A DNA stretch of 64,000 nt from a bacterium (GTDB lineage Bacteria > SM23-31), in NCBI GenBank assembly GCA_965249485.1, contig CBDFMG010000005.1, positions 64,001 to 128,000 of the forward strand. Direction: 5' to 3'. Under the pieces are notes generated by a model that was not told the DNA's origin, searched no databases, and saw only the letters and a program-made list of their open reading frames with translations. Numbering within the stretch: the stretch's first letter is position 1; every line of letters starts with the position of its first letter. Position numbers and translations under genes: made by a program. Shown here one piece after another: positions 38,502 to 48,263 of this stretch.

Positions 38502-39464
38502 CTATTGAAAATAACAAGAAACATCACCCGGTTTGCAATTGGCATCATACTTAACAACATCCAGCATAAAATCTAACACGTAGATTTCATCATTATACTG
38601 TATAATGTTTTGTGATAACAATACATCAGGTTTAGAATATTTTTGTTCAAATAATCTGTCCAGATGACTCTGATATTCCAGATGTTCTGGAGTTGATATC
38701 GGAACGTCTTTGCTTTCAAGAAGCGCCTCTTTTAGCTTTGGCATTTTTTCCAAGTCCTCATCATGTAACGTCACAAATCCAGACAGATCAAAAAAAGTCT
38801 TGTTTCTGTACGATGTGGGATCAAATGATTCTATAGAAATCTGCGTATAGTCCCATTCCTCTGTAAACAAGTCAATGTCGATATGGTACTCTTGTCCATT
38901 GTAAATGATTGCCCGAGTAGATTCCCCCTCTCTGCCGGTCTTTTCAAAAGCTTTTTCCATCAAAATGCGTTTTAATTCATTCTTTTCTGTGGCATTTATT
39001 GCTGAGAATCCTTGAATTTTATTCAGGTTACTTTTGCCGATGTTGTCTATTGCTTGCAGTAATGCAGGAAATCTTTGGATTTCATCAGGACTTAACTGTA
39101 CTGCTGGTCTGTACAATTCAATAAAGTCCATTTCACTACGTCCTAGAAAAGAAGATTTCTCATATGGTAATGCCTCATTGACAAGAATCACAGCATCATT
39201 TTTTCTTTGGTTATCAAATAGTGTTGGCGCTTCTTTTTGCTCGTATCCTCCTGATGAAGTTCCTTTTGGAGTTACTGATTCACCAGTAAGATATCCTCTT
39301 TGGATAAGTTTTTCAACAGAATCCTCAAATACTGAAACTACTTGACCTCTCAAATTGTACATTTTAATTTCAATCTTATCTGACGTACTATTGTCTGCAA
39401 AAGCAAAACCTGTCACCAAAAATAATGCTGCCAATACAGAAATCATAATGCTGTTTATTTTCAT
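38502..39464 (-). CDS. Secreted hypothetical protein
   Basis: Signal peptide; two loosely repeated internal units. Confidence 0.7.
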   Translation of the reverse strand: MKINSIMISVLAALFLVTGFAFADNSTSDKIEIKMYNLRGQVVSVFEDSVEKLIQRGYLTGESVTPKGTSSGGYEQKEAPTLFDNQRKNDAVILVNEALPYEKSSFLGRSEMDFIELYRPAVQLSPDEIQRFPALLQAIDNIGKSNLNKIQGFSAINATEKNELKRILMEKAFEKTGREGESTRAIIYNGQEYHIDIDLFTEEWDYTQISIESFDPTSYRNKTFFDLSGFVTLHDEDLEKMPKLKEALLESKDVPISTPEHLEYQSHLDRLFEQKYSKPDVLLSQNIIQYNDEIYVLDFMLDVVKYDANCKPGDVSCYFQ

Positions 39465-39518
39465 AATATTATGGAAAAATTTGATTTATTTAAAGATGAA
39501 TAAAAAAAGAAAAAAGGG

Positions 39519-39749
39519 TTACAGACCTTCAGCGTCTGCGTAATCATTTATTGTGTCAATGCTCTCTTGAATGAATTCGGCAGTAAAATTATCTTCGTCA
39601 ATAGACACACCACCAGCCATGATAGTATAATCACCAAGTAGTAGATCATTGTTGTGTCTTGCATCCATCAAGTGTCCTATCTCATGTGCTACAAGGATCT
39701 TTTGCTCATATGATGTACCATCATAAGTATTGTTGGAGTTATTGTCCAA
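39519..39749 (-). pseudogene. C-terminal fragment of a zinc metalloprotease
   Basis: HEIGHLMDARH plus a TIM Met-turn. Confidence 0.7.
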
Positions 39750-39906
39750 ACATGTATAATAATTCAGCAGAATTCCTTTTAAGGATTTAATCAGAATTTG
39801 AATGATAAAACAAACTGCACGTAGATGTCAATTAGGCAACTTTACAGGAACAAAAACTGTGAAAAATTCCTAAGAATCAATCCATTCTAAATTTTTTAGA
39901 ATGTTT

Positions 39907-40923
39907 TTACCGCGTTCTGTAAGAAATAGTCGTAGTGCATTGATAATCTTCCGTGTTTTGATTCACAATGAATACCGATCCTTCATCACATAGTATGTTA
40001 GCCCATGTAACCTTTTTTGATTTAGACTGTTGTTGATGATTTTGATTAATCACATCGACCAGCGAGAATCCTTCTCCTCCTGAGCTGCTGATGCTTTCTT
40101 CTGAGCTGCTTCCGCCGCCGTTTAGCACACTGCTGATGCTTTCTTCTGAGCTTTCGCTATTGTTATCATCATTACCACTGTTGAATATGTCGGCCAGCGA
40201 GAATCCTTCTGAGCTGCCACTGCTGATGCTTTCTTCTGAGCTTCCGCCATTGTTATCATCATTACCACTGTTGAATATGTCAGCCAGCGAGAATCCTTCT
40301 GAGCTGCTTCCGCTATTGTTATCACTGTTGAATATGTCAGCCAATCCGTCACCAAAGTTGCTGACGCTGTTTAGCACACCGGCCAGCGAGAATCCTTCTG
40401 AGCTGCTTCCGCTATTGTTATCACTGTTGAATATGTCAGCCAATCCGTCACCAAAGTTGCTGACGCTGTTTAGCACACCGGCCAGCGAGAATCCTTCTGA
40501 GCTACTGCTTCCAGACTGTAAAGAGAAGCTTGACAATTGTTTGGATCCTGTTACAAAGAACGTCTCAGTTACAGACAGGCCGCTGTCTGTCCGCACGGTG
40601 GCCTTGTATTTGCCGTTCATGCTGTAGTCATCTGCCAGATGTCCTACCTGAGATCCCCAGGTTCCCTCTGTCCACTGCCTTATCATGACTTCCTTGTTTT
40701 TGATTATGCTGCCAGAGGGATCAGTAATCACCAAATAGTAATATCCGTCCTGCGGGTTGTAGTTTGATACCCACACATTCATGCGCAGCAGATCATCCTT
40801 GCTCACATCAATGGTGTTTCCAAGTGGAAAAGAAATGGTAATTCCAGTCTGGCCATATGCTACTGTCGCAGGCATACAAAATATCATCGTCGTCACTATG
40901 ATTGCCATAATGTACATCATCAT
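39907..40923 (-). CDS. Secreted protein with Ser-rich internal repeats
   Basis: Signal peptide; repeated SSSEGFSLA...DIFNS units. Confidence 0.75.
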   Translation of the reverse strand: MMMYIMAIIVTTMIFCMPATVAYGQTGITISFPLGNTIDVSKDDLLRMNVWVSNYNPQDGYYYLVITDPSGSIIKNKEVMIRQWTEGTWGSQVGHLADDYSMNGKYKATVRTDSGLSVTETFFVTGSKQLSSFSLQSGSSSSEGFSLAGVLNSVSNFGDGLADIFNSDNNSGSSSEGFSLAGVLNSVSNFGDGLADIFNSDNNSGSSSEGFSLADIFNSGNDDNNGGSSEESISSGSSEGFSLADIFNSGNDDNNSESSEESISSVLNGGGSSSEESISSSGGEGFSLVDVINQNHQQQSKSKKVTWANILCDEGSVFIVNQNTEDYQCTTTISYRTR

Positions 40924-41411
40924 ATAACAAAAGATGGATGTTTTTCTATTAAGGCAAAAGTTTTTCTATTAAGACCAAAAAGCTATTGCAAACTCCACCC
41001 ATGACAGGAAATGATCAGATTAATTTTTTAGAAAAACTTTCAAAATGACCCCCCCCTTTATGCTATTTTTTGAAACTAAACTAATGGAAGGTGTGTTTGC
41101 AAGAAATGAATAAAAAAAACTGGAAGTTCCATATAGATAGGTCTCATAATATTGAATATCTTTTCTAGTATTTTACTCCTGCATTTTCCTGCATGTTCTA
41201 TTTCAGTAAACACATAGAATTACTCAAAATAACATAGAATACACTAAATTTAATTTTAAATCCATGACGCGCCCCTGATTGAAATTGAATTTCAAATTTT
41301 TAAATTTAATTTTTAAATTTTACAAGACTGCCCTCTCTGAGGGAAGCGGGGTATGGGTTGAGGTGGAGGAAGAAGAAAGATATAGTGTCTGACTAGTAGA
41401 CAAATCAGAGC

Positions 41412-41675
41412 ATGACTGAAATCATCTATGTCTTGCTGGCACTTGTCGGCGTGTTTTTGTTTGGAACCATATGGTACAGAAGAAAATTCAAGCAAAAAGA
41501 GGCCGAATCAGATTATTTCACCTACCACTACATCCAGATCAGGCAAGGCAGAAAAGATACCGGCATGGAAGATGCAATACGGCAGAACCACACAAAATAC
41601 GAGAAGAGAATACGTGCATGGGAGAAACCAGTCTTTGGCAATAATGGTTCCTCAAAGGAATCTCAAGACAATTAA
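41412..41675 (+). CDS. Small membrane protein
   Basis: N-terminal TM helix followed by a basic patch. Confidence 0.55.
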   Translation: MTEIIYVLLALVGVFLFGTIWYRRKFKQKEAESDYFTYHYIQIRQGRKDTGMEDAIRQNHTKYEKRIRAWEKPVFGNNGSSKESQDN

Positions 41676-41896
41676 TAATAATAAATATGAAACCAGATAG
41701 TCCCAAATGTACTCTGGTTAACAGTATGACAAATCCTACAATTTCAAACATAATTCCTGATGTTTAACCCAAAAGCAGCATCAAAAATCAATGAATTATG
41801 CGTAACAGCCTGATATTTTATCAAGTGCTTCTTTATTGATTTTTTAATTTGTTCATTCTGAAACGGATATTAATCTAGGAAATCTCGTCATAAATT

Positions 41897-42058
41897 ATGA
41901 TCATAAAGACAGAAGTTACATGTGAAAAATGTAAAAGAGAGATCAGGGGGCTTTTAACACTAAACAAGAAAAATCAAATTATTGATTCTGATGGATTTAT
42001 GATATTTGAAAATGGTGCCGTTTGCGATACTTGTCTTAATGATTTACCTGATAATTAA
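41897..42058 (+). CDS. 53-aa Zn-finger microprotein
   Basis: MIIKTEVTCEKC ... VCDTC (two CxxC motifs). Confidence 0.55.
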   Translation: MIIKTEVTCEKCKREIRGLLTLNKKNQIIDSDGFMIFENGAVCDTCLNDLPDN

Positions 42059-42093
42059 TTATATTAGATCTATTTCGGCACCTGATAGTAAAC

Positions 42094-42188
42094 GGATGTG
42101 GTGCATTCTGGTCATCATTTTGCACCAGAACCTTCTCATCAACCGACAGGTAACACCGACAAAAACAACCTAAGAGGTAACAGCACCA
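42094..42188. mobile_element. 39-bp centre-deleted palindrome plus an adjacent IS-end-like segment
   Basis: GGATGTGGTGCATT...TTTTGCACCAGAACC; 42138-42188 resembles the reverse complement of 832-882. Confidence 0.65.
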
Positions 42189-42305
42189 TCTATCAGGTTA
42201 AACAGGTGGAAGTGAATCAACTATTTTTATTAATTCTTTATCAGTTTTAGATTTTAAAGAGGACATAATTTATTTAATAATTTATAGTAAAAAAAGAAAA
42301 AAAGG

Positions 42306-42917
42306 TTAGTTGGCTTCATTAAATGCGATATCTAATGATTTGCCTTCTTTATTTTTGTCATTGTATGCTTTATCATCGACAACTGTGTATTTTCCAAATT
42401 TTCCTAATTCTACAAAGTAGATTCCATCATCTTCAAAAATAGGACCATTTTTATCATGACCTACATGAAGAATTACTTTCTCTCCGATCTCAAATTGTGG
42501 TTCAAAGTCTGAAAGATAGAATTCACCACCTTCATAGACACCATTTAGGTAAACAGTAAACTGAGAACCTTTCTTTAATTTGATACCTTCAGTTTTATCC
42601 TTGAATTTTTTCTCAAGTTCGATTGTTACTGGAACAAATCCTAATTGATTTTCAGATTCATCAGTCCACTCAATAGGATCACCTACAGATAGAACTTTAC
42701 CTAAAACAGTTAGTACCACAGTTTTTTTAGTTTCTGCAATATCCTCAGTAGCTACAGTAAAACCTGATGGAACAACTGTAAGATTTGGATTTGCCTTTGT
42801 AATATCGGATTGTACGTAAACATAGCCATCTTCGGACACATTTAGTAATGCTACTGCACCAAGAGATATTGCAACAATTGCAAAAATACTAGTTATAGTT
42901 AATTTCTGTTTGTTCAT
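42306..42917 (-). CDS. Secreted or membrane-anchored protein downstream of the metalloprotease
   Basis: N-terminal TM helix; PQFEIGEKVILHV. Confidence 0.7.
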   Translation of the reverse strand: MNKQKLTITSIFAIVAISLGAVALLNVSEDGYVYVQSDITKANPNLTVVPSGFTVATEDIAETKKTVVLTVLGKVLSVGDPIEWTDESENQLGFVPVTIELEKKFKDKTEGIKLKKGSQFTVYLNGVYEGGEFYLSDFEPQFEIGEKVILHVGHDKNGPIFEDDGIYFVELGKFGKYTVVDDKAYNDKNKEGKSLDIAFNEAN

Positions 42918-42926
42918 TTCTTTCTC

Positions 42927-43568
42927 CTAAGTGTAGTAGGCATTTATGTCTGCGATGTCTTCAGTTTGTAGCTGGTTAAAATCAGCGTGACATCCTGATT
43001 CCATTGCAGTATGTCCACTCCAAGCACCCCAATGCCATGAATGATGAGCTAGGCCTGCTAGGTGTCCCATTTCATGAGTTAGAATATAGTCTGGATTTAC
43101 TTCACCATTGCTTAGATTGCAACCAATATTAGGATTATAGTCGAGATTATCGTTTGTATTAAGCCAAATTACTTTGTAGAGGCCACCACCACCAGTATAA
43201 GGAAGGGTTTGACCCATAAAATTTGTACTTGAATAATACTGTGCATCAATTCTACTATTGTATCCTTGATTGTTAGAACCAACTTCAGTTAAATCAAAAT
43301 CAGTTTGATCTACTGTATTTCTTGGTACTTCAGCAATCAATCTTAATGCAACACTGTTACCTTCTGAACCATCATAAGTAACATCATCTAATGCATCATC
43401 ATCATACCATATGGTTTCAGAATCTGAAACACCAAATGGATACAATGTTAGGATACTACCATTATTGTCGTGTGCATAAGCTGGTGTTGCCATAACAAAT
43501 GTTAATGCAACAGCTAGTAAACTTATCGAAGTTGTCGTGATTATTTTTGTATTTTTTATGTCGTTCAT
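42927..43568 (-). CDS. Secreted matrixin-like (metzincin) metalloprotease
   Basis: Signal peptide; THEMGHLAGLAH plus a TAM Met-turn. Confidence 0.85.
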   Translation of the reverse strand: MNDIKNTKIITTTSISLLAVALTFVMATPAYAHDNNGSILTLYPFGVSDSETIWYDDDALDDVTYDGSEGNSVALRLIAEVPRNTVDQTDFDLTEVGSNNQGYNSRIDAQYYSSTNFMGQTLPYTGGGGLYKVIWLNTNDNLDYNPNIGCNLSNGEVNPDYILTHEMGHLAGLAHHSWHWGAWSGHTAMESGCHADFNQLQTEDIADINAYYT

Positions 43569-44102
43569 GTTATTACTAAGTATGATTTTATCCTACTATA
43601 TAATCTCTATTACTTTATCCTACTTTATATCTTCATAAAATTGTAAAGTAGATTCAACATACATATAGAATGTTATTGATATGATTAAAACAAAATCAAT
43701 TTATTGATAATTATTTTTTGGTCTTGTTTTTTGTAGAATTAATACAGTAATCCATTCCATGAGATCTGCTCGAAAATATTCTCTGGTTTATCTGAGAGTC
43801 CAACCATTTTAGAAGGTCAGGCGATACTGTAACACTAATTTTCTGCTTGCCCACAAATACATAATATACTTTATCTTATAAAACAATTCTGCCAAAATTG
43901 GAAATGATATGTCTGTACAGGCTTAGATGGTTAGTTCAATACGGTATTGTACAAAATCGTCAACCGACAATCAACACCGAGAAGATCCACCTAAGACGCC
44001 ACAGCACCGTTTCGTGGGTGATCGGAGTTTATTCCAACTCTCCTATAATCCATAAACACCTACGAGATTATTATTTTTGAAATTTTAAAAATTATGGATT
44101 TT

Positions 44103-44465
44103 TTAATTATTTTTAATTTTCTTAAGAAATTTAATAGATGAATGCACCTCCTCATATTTTTCCATTTTTTTGAAAAACTTTTTCATATCCAAAAATACAT
44201 CGTATGCTTCTTTATGCTTAACATTGCATATATGCTCACGAAATAAAACACATTTGTCATGTAAATGCACATCAAAAAATTCAGGATATTGTAATCTTAA
44301 TTCATCAAGAAGACCCATTTGTTGATCAACATAATCTTGTATTAGTTCTTGATCAGTCTTGTTTGTTTCTGCTTGTGCATAATTCATTCCACTAAATGGA
44401 AGAATCATTACAGCAATCAAAGAAGCAAACAAAATTGTTTTTGTTGTTTTTGTTATATTTTTCAT
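44103..44465 (-). pseudogene. Probable chimeric or truncated secreted protein
   Basis: Thaumarchaeal-style signal TKTILFASLIAVMILPFSGM followed by a short, apparently unrelated tail. Confidence 0.45.
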
Positions 44466-44574
44466 GTTATTGTATTCAACAAATATTCAGAAGTATTAAA
44501 AGTAGGTGATGCTTTGTTTCCTAACTGTAAAAATCATTAACATCCTTTAATTGAACAATCAATTTTTGATTATT

Positions 44575-45381
44575 CTATTGCATTGCAATCATCTTGTTGT
44601 ACAGACAAACTTTCATTTTCAACTCATGAATCATGTTCTCTCTTTTGTGCGATGTTACGTGTTCACCAAACATTCTCTTGAATGCAGAAAACACTGATTC
44701 AACAATCCATCTATCTCCATAGCTTACGCTATTCCTCCATAATTCATAATTGAATAATTGAGCCAGAACAGCTTTTCGTCTAGGATAACAATCAGTTGTA
44801 ATTGATGAGTTCTTTCTTGTTTTGATTCCAGGAATTATACTTTCATGATACAAATATGAAAAACAATCCTTGGTGTCATATGCACCATCAGCTAGTGTCT
44901 TGATTATATTTCCAAACTCTTTTGATTGTTCAACTAGTGATACAAAATGTTTTGAATCATGTGACTTGTCATCTGTAACCTCCAGACCCGTAATCTGCTT
45001 TGATTTTACATCTACTGCCACATGAATCTTGAGGAAACCACGTCTTTTCTGCCATTTCTGTCTCATCCATTCGCCTCTGTCTGCAACCTTGATTCCAGAA
45101 CTGTCAATTGCAATAACAATATCTTTTCCAAGTTTTGGGTTGCACTTGATGTCAAGCTTGTTTACTCTTTTCCAGATTGCAGAATACGTTGGTGTTTTTA
45201 CTTTAGATTGCAGATGAGATTTTATCAAACCTTCAGTTTGTCTGAATGGCAGATGCAAATAGAGATGACAGTATCCTAGTGCCTCCATGAATGATTCAGG
45301 ATAAACAAATTGATGTCCTTCTTTTTTGTGGTTCATCTTCTTGAGTTCTGTGTTCCATGATTCTATAGCATCAAAAGACAA
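44575..45381 (-). pseudogene. IS5-family DDE transposase lacking its native N-terminus
   Basis: IAIDSSGIK, GEW, KIHVAVD, ADGAYD and RWIVESVFSAFK motifs; the 5' end is replaced by the 47-bp element. Confidence 0.85.
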
Positions 45382-45428
45382 GGATGTGGTGTATTTTGGT
45401 GATCTGATCACTATTTTGCACCAGAACC
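45382..45428. mobile_element. 47-bp palindromic IS6-like mini-element
   Basis: GGATGTGGTGTATTTTGGTGATC-T-GATCACTATTTTGCACCAGAACC. Confidence 0.8.
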
Positions 45429-45664
45429 TTGCATGCTTTGATCAAATTGTGTTAATTGCGCAAGAGGTCTAGTATCTGACTCGTAAAAATTAGAGTGCAG
45501 CAAACCGGCCTTTGCAAATGAATCAAATAATTCTTTATCCTTATCTCTTTGCGCCAACTCCTTGACATATTCTCCCAATCCTTTATGACTTTTGATGGAT
45601 TTGTTCTCTCTTGCTGCAGCAGTCTTGATTACACATAACATCGCACCCCACATCATCTCACTTG
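45429..45664 (-). pseudogene. PaREP1/HEPN-like gene fragment
   Basis: MMWGA ... SH..L ... LHSNFYE; bracketed by two palindromic elements. Confidence 0.6.
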
Positions 45665-45701
45665 GGTTCTGGTAACTTTTGGTGATCCGATCACCAAAAT
45701 T

Positions 45702-47030
45702 TATCCATGTGAATCATTTTTATACATTTCTTGCTTTTTCAAACATCAGGGCATTGCTCTCGCTAGAGAAGAATTCCAATCAAAAGATGTGCAGACATGT
45801 ATCCATACGAGACTATTCTCTCAATGCTATCTTCATCCTAGTTAGGATTATTCGCAGTTAACAGGCGAGGCTTGTCCCTCATAAATTTTAACGCGACTTG
45901 TAGCCCTAACTATAATTTTGTACAAATTCTCTCCTTTCTTTTAACATCCAATAAATCACTCGCAAAATCTTTGATGCAGCAGCCACTGCAGCTTTGGATG
46001 TTCCTCTCTTCTTTTTTATTCTATTGTAAAACTTTGTAATGTCACTGTTCTTGGCATGTATTGCATGAGTGTGAATGCATTCTGTCAGAACCCATCTTAA
46101 TGTCATGCTTCCTCTTTTTGTAATACTGCCATGATGTATGGTATCAGCTGAATTTCTGACTGATGGTACGACTCCTGCATATGCACACAGTTTGTGAGAG
46201 TCATTGAATCTTTCAATGTCCGCAATCTCGGATGCAATGACTAGTGCAGAATAATTGCCAATTCCGGGAATCGAGTTTATCAGAATTGCATCAGGATTGG
46301 TCTTTACGGCAGCGTACACTTTTGAATTAATCTCTGCAATCTGCAAATTTAGATGGTTTATCTGTCGTAGGAATCCGTCTACTCTATAATCTCCTAATGC
46401 CCTGAGTCTTCTACAGTATATTTCAGTAAATGTAACTCCAGGAATTTTGATTCCACCCTGTAACAAAATCCCATGAATGGAATTCTTGATAGCAGTTCTC
46501 CACTGGATGAGTTTCTTTCTGTATCTTACTAACTGGCGTTGTTGTACTATCTTTTTGTCTGGGACATAGCATTTGGCAATGTATCCACCACGTAGGAGAT
46601 CTGCCAATATCCTGGCATCAATCTTGTCTGTCTTTTTCTTAGATGATGCAATTGCTTTTGTCAGATATGGGTTTGACAGTGTCACATTTTTATATTTTAA
46701 TTCATCTGTCAGAAATCTATATGTGTCATACCAGACTGATGAGGATTCCATGACAATATTGGCATGAAGTGGTATGTCTGTAAAATGTTTCTTGATCGAT
46801 TGGTGAGTGTTCTCAACTTTGTTGTTTTGTAATACTTTGCCTTCATTATTCATTATTGCTACTTGAAGGAATTTCTTGTGCAGGTCAATGCCCACATACA
46901 TGGTCTTCTTTGATTTATTCCTAATCTGTTTCTTTGGGCTTTTCTTGGAATACGATGAACTTTGAATCTTAGAATTAGATTCATTTCTTATGCTATCTGA
47001 ATTCCTTCTCTCTATATTCACATATAGTTA
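45702..47030 (-). mobile_element. IS110 family element, IS1111 type, copy 2
   Basis: Same ends (TA-TCC-ATGTGAAT ... ATTCACAT-ATAGT-TA) and the same 3' non-coding region as copy 1. Confidence 0.9.
45906..47021 (-). CDS. IS110 DEDD transposase/recombinase
   Basis: Protein is identical to copy 1 from KYKNVTLSNP onward; the N-terminal third has diverged. Confidence 0.95.
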   Translation of the reverse strand: MNIERRNSDSIRNESNSKIQSSSYSKKSPKKQIRNKSKKTMYVGIDLHKKFLQVAIMNNEGKVLQNNKVENTHQSIKKHFTDIPLHANIVMESSSVWYDTYRFLTDELKYKNVTLSNPYLTKAIASSKKKTDKIDARILADLLRGGYIAKCYVPDKKIVQQRQLVRYRKKLIQWRTAIKNSIHGILLQGGIKIPGVTFTEIYCRRLRALGDYRVDGFLRQINHLNLQIAEINSKVYAAVKTNPDAILINSIPGIGNYSALVIASEIADIERFNDSHKLCAYAGVVPSVRNSADTIHHGSITKRGSMTLRWVLTECIHTHAIHAKNSDITKFYNRIKKKRGTSKAAVAAASKILRVIYWMLKERREFVQNYS

Positions 47031-47165
47031 ACAACAATATTTGAAGAGTCATGTTTTTGACTTGGCAAATCCATACTGTTGCAAAATTTGATTTCAGAGA
47101 AGATCATAAATCTGTGTTGAAATGCGTTGATCACCAAAATTTACCAGAACCCTTTAATGATAATT

Positions 47166-47873
47166 TTAGTTTAAAGATGGATGGCTAGGATCGTAGAATT
47201 TTTCTAGCAGATTGCACAAAGAAGGATTTATTTTATCTAAATTATCCCCAATAATCTCGTTTATGATGGCATCTGCAACATACGAATAATGCACTTGAGG
47301 ATTGTTAAGTGATGAAAAAGCAAGTCTAGAAAGTTGTGATTCTGAAAAATCATCATATTTTTTTAATTGTACAGAAATTGTTTCAGATTCAGTGTAAGAA
47401 CCGGAATTTTCCAATTCTGAAATTAGTTTATCTAAATCAGAGGAATTCTTAGATGCAGATTTCATTTTAGAAAGTTTTGCAATTTCTTCTATTATGGAAT
47501 CTTCAAAGGGAAAGGAACAGATTATTGCCTGTTTAGTAGCTACAAATCCATAGGGTCTTGTGCCGTCTATACATATTGGCAATACTGTTTTCTTGCAATT
47601 AATGGCTATGCCTGTTTCTTGATCCGTGTGTTTTGAAGTGTGGTAGTTTTTGGTAAGTAGCATAATGAATATTTTTGAACTTTGAATCTCTTCATATAAC
47701 TTGGGCACCCAATCAGAACCACCATCAATATCTTCATGAGCAAGAAAAACAGACAATCCGTGTTTTGATAATTTTGATTTTAGTTCAGAAGCAATTTTTT
47801 TGTCTTTATCGGAATGACTGAGAAAGATTTTGATATTAGATATGTTTTTGCACCCATGTAATTTACGAGTCAA
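47166..47873 (-). CDS. TIR-domain protein
   Basis: IFLSHSDKDK, VFLAHEDIDGG.W and HTDQETGIA (glutamate at the catalytic position). Confidence 0.85.
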   Translation of the reverse strand: MTRKLHGCKNISNIKIFLSHSDKDKKIASELKSKLSKHGLSVFLAHEDIDGGSDWVPKLYEEIQSSKIFIMLLTKNYHTSKHTDQETGIAINCKKTVLPICIDGTRPYGFVATKQAIICSFPFEDSIIEEIAKLSKMKSASKNSSDLDKLISELENSGSYTESETISVQLKKYDDFSESQLSRLAFSSLNNPQVHYSYVADAIINEIIGDNLDKINPSLCNLLEKFYDPSHPSLN

Positions 47874-48164
47874 ATGATAATAATTAAATGATCATTAGTT
47901 GTTTAAATGTAAATCTACAAGTGTTGTTTGTTGAAGGTAACCAAAAAAGAATCTATTTTCTTTGCAATGTTGATTGGAATTATCAATGTTTGTATGTCTG
48001 TTGCATTTTACTATTTGTGGGTGAATTATCAGAATCAAATTATTTTTGATCTAAATTTTTTCCATACTTGCATCATTATTACGTATAGCAGTATTAATCT
48101 CATGTGTGTATTAATGTGGAATCAACAAAAAAAGGTGAAACTAAAATGAATTCGATTTAATTGC

Positions 48165-48246
48165 AGTCTCTGACACCCCACAAGCGGGAATGTCAAAGAT
48201 GATGATAGCCGCAGAACCCACGACGCTTTAGCGAGTGGAGTATGTC
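48165..48246 (+). mobile_element. Orphan IS200/IS605 right-end segment
   Basis: GAACCCACGACGCTTTAGCGAGTGGAGTATGTC shares its end with 23621-23646. Confidence 0.65.
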
Positions 48247-48263
48247 TGAGAATCCTTCTCTGT

